A DNA stretch of 63,630 nucleotides, filler included, from Collodictyon triciliatum (Eukaryota), in the NCBI GenBank assembly GCA_043381765.1. It is 4 parts of 4 records of this genome, joined end to end, with 100 filler letters (N's around TTAATTAATTAA, not from the genome) between each part and the next. Parts side by side here need not be neighbours in the genome. Positions count along the whole stretch, not along the records: positions 1 to 24,769 come from JBHJMP010001076.1; 3 more parts are not named here. The stretch is one strand, 5' to 3'. The number at the start of each line of letters is the position of its first letter. The first letter of the stretch is position 1. The notes beneath the pieces are model-generated. The model was not told where the DNA came from. It was given only the letters and a program-made list of their open reading frames with translations, and searched no databases. The position numbers and the translations under genes were made by a program. Shown in pieces: positions 1-11,347 of the stretch.

Positions 1-2
1 AA

Positions 3-33
<31 letters not shown>

Positions 34-160
34 CAAAACAAAACAAAACAAAACAAAACAAAACAAAACAAAACAAAACAAAACAAACAAAACAAACAAA
101 ACAAAACAAAACAAACAAACAAAACAAACAAAACAAAACAAAACAAACAAACAAACAAAC
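1..160. repeat. (AAAAC)n microsatellite
   Basis: Directly visible. Confidence 0.95.
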
Positions 161-389
161 AGTAAAAATAAAGCCTTGCATGCATGTCACATCATCAACA
201 TGAAATAAACAGGCAAAGTAGATGAACAAAACCTATGACAAATGGTCGATATTATGTACCAATAAACACTAACAAATAAAAGAAAAAAGGAGCACTTAGT
301 TGCATTTCGCTCCCTTTTATATTTATAATATGTATAGCGCACGCTGTATACTGTTTTCTATCGAAATGCTCACTTTACATACACGACAG

Positions 390-1452
390 GCTGGTGCAAG
401 ACCCGATCTCGAGGATGATACCGGGAGAACAGCTCTTCTACGTGCTGCCTACAAGGGGCGCAGCAAAGTATGATTTCCACCAGTTCTGTTTCCCTCCTAT
501 CTCTTTTATGACTTCATTTCTTACCATAATTTACATGCAAAGACTTATCGTAGCCATGACAAACCACCAAATCAACACTTAATCTCTATGACATTCGAAA
601 ATCACTTATTTGATTGAAAGGACCTAACAAAAGACCGTTGTAATTTGCTATCATCCTATCCATTCTAGGTTATCGCCCATCTCCTCGAAAAGGGCTCTGA
701 TGCGTCCCACTATGATGCCAAAGGCTTTATGGTATGCTGAAGAGTTCTTTATCATGGGGATTTCAACCATATTTGCGTTACACCAACTCGCCATATGTAC
801 CACCATTAGTCACTGCACTATGCTGCATTTGCGGGCTCCATCGAAAGTTGCAGACTCCTTCTGGGCCAATCGACATATGTCAATGCCGGAGACCGCAAAG
901 GCCGAACGCCGCTGATGTGGGCAGCAAGGAATGGAATGCGAGAGTGCGTTGCGTGGCTGCTGAGCCAAGGGGCGAATGTAAGCATTTTTAGTTGGACATG
1001 GTCATTGTCACGGGTTACTTGGGCAAAGTGCAATTCGACAGCCTCACCAAATACAAACGTTTCTTGTCAGGTTCAATTGACCGACTCGGACGGGATGACT
1101 GCTCTGGGCCATGCATCCAGCAGAGTAAGACGCTCTTTATTTTCGTTCTGCTAGCCAGTCCCCCATGCTATCGCGATTGCTTTCCTCATATATGAACAAG
1201 TCACAAACTGGTTAAAAGTGTACCCTCTAGAATCGAACAGAAATATGCAAGATGCTCGCAGATTACGAGCAAGGGAAGTATGTCCCCACGAAGCACAACC
1301 CAGCCACGCCACAGAGTGCGTCTGTAGACGAGCGAGCACAGTCTAATATGTCTTCGCACCGAGACGAGCGCGTGGCCATGCAGTCCAGTTCTGTGAGCTT
1401 GCCGCGCATTACAGTTCCAAACTCTGCGAACTCTGTGCGTGCACGATGGTGA
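390..1452 (+). CDS. Ankyrin-repeat protein, 5' partial, at least 5 exons
   Basis: GT-AG splicing gives GARPDLEDDTGRTALLRAAYKGRSK|VIAHLLEKGSDASHYDAKGFM|SLHYAAFAGSIESCRLLL...DRKGRTPLMWAARNGMRECVAWLLSQGAN|VQLTDSDGMTALGHASSR|NRTEICKMLADY..., repeating the ankyrin GxTpLhxA consensus. Stop at 1450-1452. Confidence 0.88.
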
Positions 1453-2180
1453 AACCAGTGTTTTCATTCTCCATCTTAAGCACGTTGTACAATGTCTGCA
1501 GTAGTCAATGAGCGGCATATTGACTTTACGAAAAGACTCGTTCTAGCTGAAGGTATTGGTAAAAGGGATGTGGCGGCCGGGATATCCGTTCTGCTTGATT
1601 CTGTTTGTTATCGAGTTTCTGATTCGATATTTTTCATGTTGATGACGATGTCTGACTTTGTTCTTGCTGTCGCCAGCAAATTATACGTGTTGCAAAGATA
1701 GCTCCACCTCTTTCTCTCTTTCTTTTCTCCTTTTTATCGTTTTTTTTCTCGCTTGCCCCTCACACTCGTCGATCCCTCAAAAAAAATAAAAATAATAATA
1801 ATCAAACACAGGTGGAGGTTGGATTATATACAAATCAATAAAGCAAAATACGTGAAAAGAAAAAACTCTGCGGGCAGAAATCCAGCCACGAAGAGAATCG
1901 GATGCCTCGATTTAAAGGGTGGTAGAAAAGCCAGAGTGTGGTTGTTTGCATGCTCGATACATCTACACACCTGGGCGATCTCATATATTTCTATATTACG
2001 CACAAAAAAAGAAAAAAAGAATCATCTCCCGGTATGTTATCGGTTGCTGGGCAGCGAGTAAATAAATAATGATAATAATCGAAGCAAAAGTGCAGCGAGA
2101 ATAATACTTATCATCATTTTTTTTTTTTTTGCACTTTCTTTTTTATGCATCGATTGTATGCCACCATCAAAGCACTCTGG

Positions 2181-5119
2181 CTACCAAATGGACAGCTCGC
2201 AGGAATTGCTGTTGGACAAAACCATCGAGCCGTCCTCGCAGAATACAAGGCCGATGGGGTCCGATGAGTTGAGGGTCTTGAGCAATTTCCCATCTCTGTC
2301 GTGAAAGTAGATGCCGCCACTTCGGTTGGTCAAAACAAAGCCGCCATTGGGGCCTCTGGCAAGAGAGTTTTGGGATGTGGGTTGGACAGCGAAGGTGCGG
2401 AGATGCGCTCCGCTTGGCGAGAAAACCTGCAGATTGCCTCCCGAAATCCCAACCACAAGAAGCTCGTTGGAGTCGTTCACAGCCAGTCCCATCGGCTCCG
2501 ACATCCTGGCTTCGTTGGTCGAGTCGATGCGCAGCAAATACTCTCCATCCTTGTTGAACTTTTGCACTCGGTTGTTCACCTGGTCTGATATCCAAATGTC
2601 ATCATTCTGGTCAAAAGCTGCAAAGAATGGCCGCTCAAACTGGGCCTCTTCTTTCCCGCGAGAGCCAATCGTGCGGATGTAATGTCCTTCACCGTCGTAT
2701 ATGTGGAAGCAATGGTTGAGGTTTTCGACAATGACCATAAAGTCGCCGCCCATCGAAAAGGCAACTCCGGTCGGGTCTCCGAAGCTGCGCTTCAAGGACG
2801 AGGGGGCGCTTATGTAACCCACGTGATTAAAGTTTTGGTTGAGAATCTGAATGCGATTGTTTCCCCAGGATTCGGCCACATAGATGTTCCTTGTAATCGG
2901 GTGGACTGCCAACTGCCACGGATGCTGGAAGGTTGAATTCTTTTCGCGGTTGCGGCCCACTTGAAACTTTGGTTGTGTGATAGATTCAGGGTCTCTGGAG
3001 ATTGGGCAGAAACCAAAATGCACCTGTGGCATAAACTTGGGGCTTATTTCCTTTATGGCGATGAATGGATGGATTCGGTAGTGAATCCGGCGCATAATAG
3101 GAATTCTGATTTTTGGGCGAGTAACAAATGCATTGGCGAAGGAATGAGTCAGTCGAATGTTAAAGGACTTGGATAGCTCTAAATCTCTGGCCTGAAGTGA
3201 TGCTTGGTTACCTACCAAGGCAGGGTATTTCCTTGAAAAGGCCTTATACATCGCCAATAACTGATTCGCCTCTGTTTCGGACGATGACATGGACTTCAGG
3301 TCAGCTTGGCGGCAAATATTGGTCTGTGAGTTTGTAGAAATAATCAGATTAATAGATAAATAAAGGTTTGCCCAGAAATAACACTAGGAATATAAATGTA
3401 TGGAGAAATGTGGGAAATGAAAAGTTGNNNNNNNNNNNNNNNNNNNNNNNNNNNNNNNNNNNNNNNNNNNNNNNNNNNNNNNNNNNNNNNNNNNNNNNNN
3501 NNNNNNNNNNNNNNNNNNNNNNNNNNNNNNNNNNNNNNNNNNNNNNNNNNNNNNNNNNNNNNNNNNNNNNNNNNNNNNNNNNNNNNNNNNNNNNNNNNNN
3601 NNNNNNNNNNNNNNNNNNNNNNNNNNNNNNNNNNNNNNNNNNNNNNNNNNNNNNNNNNNNNNNNNNNNNNNNNNNNNNNNNNNNNNNNNNNNNNNNNNNN
3701 NNNNNNNNNNNNNNNNNNNNNNNNNNNNNNNNNNNNNNNNNNNNNNNNNNNNNNNNNNNNNNNNNNNNNNNNNNNNNNNNNNNNNNNNNNNNNNNNNNNT
3801 TTTTTTTTAAGAAATAAAATAAATAAGAAGGAACCGTTACATCATACTATTGATGAATGAAAGAGAAATATATTTTAAACGCTGGATATGATGAACGTTT
3901 AAGTAAAACAATTTGAAGAAAATCCCTTACACCCACTTTGCTTTTGAATTTGTGGCGTGTGCATAAAGAAAGAATACCGAGTATCAAACCTTATCAGACA
4001 AAGGCTCCACGTTTGATAGCAAAGCAGCGATGGCTATTTTTTTGGAGGGTATCATGGATGTGAATGATTCGACGTTTTTCAACTCCTTTTTCATCGCATC
4101 AACCGGAACGTGCTTCTTATGCGGGGTCTGCCTTGTATTTTCATCCTCCCATTTGCACTGAGTACATTGAAAACACCTCCACGGACAAGATGAGCAATAA
4201 AACTCGATTTTCCTTTGATGCGCCCAACAGGTACCAACTGGTGGCTCATAGCGTCGATTCCAAGGACTATATATTTTTAAGCAAGATATGATTCTATTAT
4301 ACTATGAAAAAGAAGAAAAACATAGTTAATACAGAATAGAAAGGTAAAAAATAAATATAGAATAAAACGGAATAAAGGAACAAAAGTTAAAATCATAAAT
4401 TAAAAAGAGAAAAATTAAAAAAAAAGGAATGAAAGATAATAATAATAAAAAACACAGAGTTAACACAGAGTGAAAAGAAACAATTAGCAAGAATAAAACG
4501 GAATAAAGAGAACAAAACAAAACAAAAAAGTATACACCAGTGTGTAGCCATTTGTAGCAGGGTCTTGTTGGTGCTTCTGAGCACAGCCGTCGCACACAGG
4601 GATCCGGAGCTTCTGGTTGTAAAAAGCAGGAGGATTCGCGCAGCCCTTCGCCCCGCAGGCCGCAGCAGAAGCGTCGCAATCCTCGGCAAACTGCCTCAGC
4701 AGTGCAGCGTGGATCAGCGAGACGGGCAGCGAAGCAAGCTGGCAAGGTTCGAGCTGGAAGGCCGCGTCGCACTGGGCGCAGACGTAGTCCTTGAGCGGAT
4801 CAGGCACAAACGCAGTCTCGTCAGGCTGCGCTCTTTCGTGCAGGGCGCTTTCGGCGTCGGTTGGCTTCAGCTGCGATATCTTTTTGACGGCGGCCTCCTT
4901 CAAAGCCCGAAGGCTGAGCTTCCGAATCTTCTGCTCCGCCTTTTGCGAGGGCGACTGCGAGGGCGACTGGGACTGCGCGTTGGCCGCAATCGGGGGGCGG
5001 ATGCGTCCGCGTTTGTCGAGGCAGTCGAGGCAGAAGACGTGGCCGCAAGGCAGCTCGCGCGGATCGCTCAGGACTTTGAAGCAGGCGAAGCATTGTAGAA
5101 TCGCAGGTGCGCAGGACAT
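2181..5119 (-). CDS. TRIM-NHL-like protein (C3HC4 RING, degenerate B-box1, B-box2, helical region, NHL propeller); spans an N gap
   Basis: Exon 1: CFAC...LPCGHVFCLDC...CAQC (RING) and CGAKGC...VCDGCAQKH. Exon ~3990-4268: CWAHQRKIEFYCSSC...CTQC...HKKH (B-box2). Last exon ~2181-3326: NHL repeats (FQHPWQLAV, FGDPTGVAF, FERPFFAAF...ISDQVNNRVQKF, MSEPMGLAV). Joining across the gap at 3428-3799 is inferred. Confidence 0.78.
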
Positions 5120-5685
5120 CCTGGAGTGGCTCTGGCTTTGGTGCTTTGGATTCTGACTGGTTAGCCTCTTTGCTTGTTTGTTTGTGGATCAGTGCGCGCG
5201 ATGTAGGTTTCTCAAGTAGATGAGCATGCGTGAGTGTGCTTTATAATCGGCTGCAACTCTTTTTTCTTTCTTTCTCTTTTTCTTATCCTCGATCTGATTT
5301 TGGCGTGTGGATCGCGTGACAGGCGACTTCGTAGCTGGTTTTTTGTATTCCTTTTCAGCCTTTCTTTCAGAGTCACCAACATCTTCGTTCGAGGGAATTA
5401 CGAATCGCTGTTTGGCTTTGCTTTGGTGCTTCTGGCAGAGAAGAAGAACGCGCATCGAAACCGGCGGAAAGTCTTTACAGACGGCGATGATGATATCAAC
5501 AAGTAGAAAAGATACGCTCATAAAAAAATATAAGAAAAAGGAGGAAGAAAGGACATCGTTAATCACAGCCGAGAAAGGCCAACCCTTCTTTTCTTTCTCT
5601 TTTTTTTTTTTTTTGGACTCTTATTTCTCGGGAGGTTGTGTTGGTATGCAGATACAGTGTTTGGGCTGGATGCAGGGTCTTTGGC

Positions 5686-8600
5686 TCAGGGTCTCTGCGA
5701 CAAAGTGGATTCTGCGCCCAGGGTTGACAGGCTCTCGGCGGGCGCGTTATCGAGCGGCTGTGTGATGCTTTCTCTGACCTCGGAGATGCGGATGGTGGCG
5801 CTGCGTCGGGCATACGTGCGGTTTGAAGCCAGGTCGCTGGTTCTGGACCCGGAGTCGCGGTGGCTGCGGCTGATGAAGGAGGTGATGCTGCTGACGCTGT
5901 CGTTTCGGTTGCGGTTTCTGGATTATGATTTTTGGTTGTGATTATTGATTGTGATTTTTGGTTGTGATTATTGATTGCGATTATTGATTGTGATGATTGA
6001 TTGTGATGATTGATTATGCTCGCACATGGCCTCTGTTTCCTCCGTCTGCTCTTTGCCTTTCTTTGAGATAACCCGGAATACTCCTTGGGTGATGTTGAGG
6101 CGGCCGAGCTTGGACTTTTTCTGTGCCTCCTTCATGCTTTCGGAAGGCTCTAAGTCCTCTCCTTTGGTGCGGCGAAGTCTTTCAAATAGCTTCAGCTTTC
6201 TTGGCCTCAAGCTCTTGGTTTCGGGCATGGCTTCATCATCCAGGTCCTCGTCTATCACGGAGATTGGGGCGCTCTCCTCGGATGATTCGTGGTAAAGGCG
6301 GGCTGAGTTTGGCATGAGGACGCCAGGCATCGCAATTGAAGGCTCCTGAACCTTGATATCTTTCATCGAACCTGCCACATTGACTCGCAGCTTTCGCAGG
6401 TTTTGAAAGTTTGTTCGGTGGATTTTGGGGATGGTTGGTTCGTCTTTGCTGGGAAAATATCATATTGTTCAATATCAAATACTGTGCATCGCTTTTCTAA
6501 GACGATGCAAAAGATGATGCATAGAAAGGATACCCAAATATGATATAGAGCAGGGTTTCTCTAATTATAAAGAATAAACATTTGCATTCAGACATACAAG
6601 GAAACTTGTCTTTGCCTCGTTGGCTGAGATTTCGAGGGCACACCCGCGGCTGATTCGCTTATGTAAAGAGAATTCAAATAAACATGCAAAAGATAAAGAG
6701 ATTAGGTCGATTGACATAAGGGATGTGTCATTTTATTTACGGCTTTCTTTGAATCGAATAATAAAAGGATAATTGTATTTACAGCTTTGGTTTTGTCACT
6801 TCTTTCTGTGAATAGAGACATGAAAATATTATCAGATTAATCATACATCTGGGCGGCAGAAGAGATGCCGGTGCTTTCAGTGAGTCCATTATCCCTACAT
6901 AGAATAATAAAAGAGAAGAGAAAGTCATTAAATTTTTATGCCTCCGGAATGGAATCTGTGCAAATGGTCAAACTAAAACCTCCTGTCTTATTTTGCTGTT
7001 CTTTGTCTAGTTTTTTTTTTTTTGGTAAGATAATTTAAGAAGAGAAACCCGTAATCAGAAATTATAAGGGATTCAATATCAAAAGCACGCCGCATGGTCT
7101 TTCGGTATTGTGCTATTTGCCGGTGATTGAAATCATCCTCCACAGTGACTTTGACCATCCCTTCAGTTACCAAGGCTTGAGATTGTAGAGCGATGTCTAG
7201 TTGCTATTAATTTGTATGCGGGTTGAAAGTTTGACTTGAAATATTTGGTGCTGGAAAACGAAATGATAAAGAGCATATATATTCCTGGCAAACTATACAC
7301 ACCTGGGAGAAGATGCTGAATCCAGATTCGGTTTTTGTGGAGGTTTCTGAGGGGGGGGGGGGGGGGGGGGGGGGGGGATGCATTTATGAGTATGATTGTC
7401 TGTAAAATCTGATCTATCATATATAAATAGAAAGAATCCACAATAGACACATCATATCCCATGAGAAAACTATAAAAACAAAAGAAGAAAAATAACAGAG
7501 AGAAACAACACACCGTGACCGTGTCTTTGCACATCTCTCTCATTTTGTACCGTCAGCGAAACTCGAAATCCCCTGCAATGACACACATGTTTTTTAATCA
7601 GCAATGCTGCGGCAGAAAATAAGCTAATTCAACAAGGAACATACGGTTTTATCCTCGGAGTTTTCGCCGATAGAAGTCCAGCTTTTTCAGACTGCTCCCG
7701 TGATGTAACAACGCGAGAGTCACTGTTTGTATTCTCAGCAATCGATTCTGGACTTGATATCATAGGCACCCTTGTTTTGAGCTTCATAGATGCATCCTGT
7801 CTTTCAAGATATATCTGGTTTTGAATCATCACAATTTCCCCGACATGCACTCCTTGTAGAGTCATGAAATTGGTATCGATTCTTAAGGCATGCTCTTTGC
7901 TACAACCAGACAGTTGGATGCAAAATTGAAAGTTTTCGATATCATCAACATCAAATTGGTTGTCCTTCAGCGTATAAAGCTTGGGTTCGTGTATTCCAAC
8001 GGAAAAGCTTTTATTTTGAACGAAGCAATTTTCTGCGATGTGCAGTTCGCACTAGAAGATCCAAAATGAATTGATGAATAATAATGATTTAAAAAATTAT
8101 CAAACATATCGCCTTGTTACACGATTTGAAGGCGAAAGATAAAAATGTATTGAGCTGACTGCTCAGTGAAACGAACAAAGTAATCGCCACGGGATTGTGT
8201 GAGAAGGGATGAAGGCAATATTTACGTTTCCATGAGTAAAGAATCCATAGTAGTTGTTTTCCTCGATTCTATTTCGTTGCAGCTCACCGCTAGACACTGG
8301 CCCTATGACAAGCTAATAGATAGTTCATCTCAATCAGATTAAGGGTAACGATAACATTGTGTAATTTTCAAAAATATTTCATATTACATCGATGGAACTG
8401 TGTTTATATGTGAGATGGAGGCAAACCCCATGTTCCTGATTTTCGCTCAGACTGTTTCCTGATACCACAATACCCTTTGTCTTTGAGATTACAATACCGG
8501 AGCCATTGTTTTTCGAAACCACATTATCAACAACCTGAATATTACTCGATTTGTCGATGATGATTGCGTTTCTAATGTTTCCTTTAAACATGTTGTTTTC

Positions 8601-10694
8601 TATAGTAGCATCTGAGCTATTTGTCACTAGGAGGCCATTTTCCATGTTCTGAAGAACCTGTTTTGCGCGTTTAAATCAGTGCTCTTTTTCATCTAGGTTG
8701 TAAATGAGTAAAGATCTAAAGAAAAGAAAAAAGAAAAGAAAAAAGAAAAGAAAAAAGAAAAGAAAAAGAAAAGAAAAAGAAAAGAAAAAGAAAAGAAAAA
8801 GAAAAGAAAAAGAAAAAGAAAAAGAAAAAGAAAAAGAAAAAGAAAAAGAAAAAGAAAAAAGAATGAAGGAAGGAATGAAGGGAATGAGGAAATAATATTC
8901 AGATTTACCAAAAATTGCATTCAAGAATCAAAAAAAAAATTGACATCGTAGCATAAATTCAAACCTTATTTCGAGAAAAAACCAACGTGGTCTCGTCAAA
9001 AATGCATCCATTTCCTCTTGTGTGCTTAAATATGCAGTTTTGGACCTCGCACTGGAGAAATAATTTCGCTTTTAGATTATGTGATTTCAAATGCGATTGT
9101 GCTTTTGAGACAAGTGTTCTAGATTGCTAATTTTTGGAGAAAAGGAAAACAAATATTGGCTTATGTACCATGTCAGCAGAATGTATGTCAAGGCATATTT
9201 GACACCCAAGGAAGGCAGAGTTGTCCAGGGTTAGATAATCTGCCTGTTTTCCGTATATGGCTTTGGCAAAGTACGAAAAGTGACAATGGTCCACCCACAA
9301 ATGTGAGTTCGATTCGATATTAATTGCATTATTGCTCATATCTCCGAGAAAGGAGCAGTCCCTTATGGACGACCCTTTGGAACCATGACATAATTTGACA
9401 CAGAGAAGATGCGATGTGTGGAATTTGCAATCTTCAATTATTGCGTTGCATTCCCAGACCTGCAGCACACATTTTGAACAGGGATATTGGTCATGGATAA
9501 TTGAAAAATGCGAAAGCCTCGAATTAAAAGGTGATAGTCACCCAGGATGAATATATATTTATATGAATGAAATACTTCAATTTGTGCCTGCAATTCTCTG
9601 TGCCTTCTGGTTTCTTGGATTTCATCGCCTGTGATTTATGTGATAAATTTTTCAAAATAGAAATCCAAAATACCAAAGTCAATTTCAATCCATGTGTGGT
9701 GTGTCATATAATAAAATTACACTTGGGTGAATGTTGGTTGAATTCTAACCCGAAACAAACGGGGGGTTTTTTTTCTTCATAAAATCAATCATAGCAGATC
9801 CAATCAACGCTGAGCAAACCTTTCGTAGGTCCCCGAATCTGGTATGACTGAAGTCGCAGATGGCGCAGAACACAATCAGGTGCTGCAATTTGTATGATAG
9901 GAAGACTAAAGTCGGCTGGGCATAGTACCACAGACGCTAGAAGTTTTGATCCCTGATATTTGGCCTGATTAATTTAACTGGAAAAATTGAACTATATATT
10001 ATCTTTTTCGGCAAGGCATCAATATTCTTTTGTCAGTTAATACGTTTTGGTTTAGTGTTTTGTGTGTTTTATTTTTATTTTTATTTCTTGTGTTTATTGC
10101 GGGTGTTTATTTTCGATGAAAATAATCTCAAAGTAAAGTAGAAATGCGGTTAAAATCAAAAGGCATCATTAAAAAAAAATAGCAGAGGAATCTTGATAGC
10201 ACACGTATCGAACTCTGCAAACCCACCTGACCAGCAACCCCTTCGATTGTGATGCCCTGTATTTTAATCACGATATTTTCTCGATAAAGACCTGGAAAAA
10301 CCTAATATTTTCTCCTTAGAAAAGACTAGAACTCCTTGCTATTCGTATATTAAGTTGAAGACATCTTGGTTGAGAAGCTTCGTTACAAAAAGCAAAAAAC
10401 AAAAAACAAAAAGCAAAAAACGAAGAAACAAAACAGAAAAAACAAAACAGAAAAAACAAAAAAAAATAACAAAAAAAAATAACAAAAAAAATAACAAAAA
10501 AAATAACAAAAAAAATAACAAAAAAACAAAATAAAAAAACAACGTCCTCAAACCCGAATGGTGGTGTTCGGAGCTGCATGGCGCAGCGCCTCGGTGATTG
10601 TATTAAAATGAGCAAAACCTCCTTTTCCTTTTGCAAAGTTTCTGGGAAGATCACGAGCAACGACGATGTCGTTTGATGTTTGCGGGATGGCCAT
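5686..10694 (-). CDS. Right-handed parallel beta-helix (pectin lyase-like/NosD-type) repeat protein with a long low-complexity C-terminal tail, multi-exon
   Basis: N-cap FNTITEALRHAAPNTTIR|VFPGLYRENIVIKIQGITIEG, followed by PbH1-type repeats (ATIENNMFKGNIRNAIII, VVDNVVSKNNGSGIVI, VSGNSLSENQEHGV). Downstream exons splice in frame to a stop at 5686-5688; several internal boundaries are approximate. Confidence 0.72.
8720..8860. repeat. (GAAAAA)n-type microsatellite, intronic
   Basis: Directly visible; lies between beta-helix gene exons. Confidence 0.9.
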
Positions 10695-11347
10695 GGCCGC
10701 GCGCGCTCTCTCTCTCTCCCTCTCTCTGCCTGCTGCGATGGAACAAGCAAGCGATGTAAGAGACGGAACAAGCAAAAGTCGGTCTGCTTGCGGCGTATTC
10801 CCTCTACTTTATCGTTCCAGTCCATCCCCTCACACGAGACAAACAAACCAGAACGAAAGAAAAAGTCTGAAATGTGTGGATCAGAAACATACATTCTCTC
10901 CCAACGTCAACGCTCATCTCTTTCCTGCATGTAATCAAAGCCACTCGAGCGGTAGTGAGATTCGCTTGGCCCAGGAAAAGGATGGTATGGATAAAGGGGG
11001 ATGTCCTATGGGAAGCGGAACAAGCAGCGGAAGACAAGAGTTGCACCAGCTCACGCACACCGACGACCAGATAATCACTTCATCACGTGGTGTTGTTCGC
11101 GGGCGGTGTATCTATCACGTTCAGTTTGATTCCGAAGAATGGTTTCTCTTGTCTGTGTGTTCTGTCTGTAGTGCAAAGACGAGAAAAGCTGGCCGAAAGG
11201 AGGACAACTGGGGTTCGGAGGTAAATGGTGTCTCGTTGTTCATTTATTTTCGATGCTACGAGGATTGCATAACAGACTTCATGAGTATATCCCCCACGCC
11301 CTTAAAATTCGTGAGCGTCGTTGCTTCCTGACATCAGTGTTCTCGGC

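Noticed and set aside
10666-11331. 221-aa plus-strand ORF
   Set aside because: No recognisable motif. It lies antisense between two minus-strand genes, over their probable promoter and UTR sequence.
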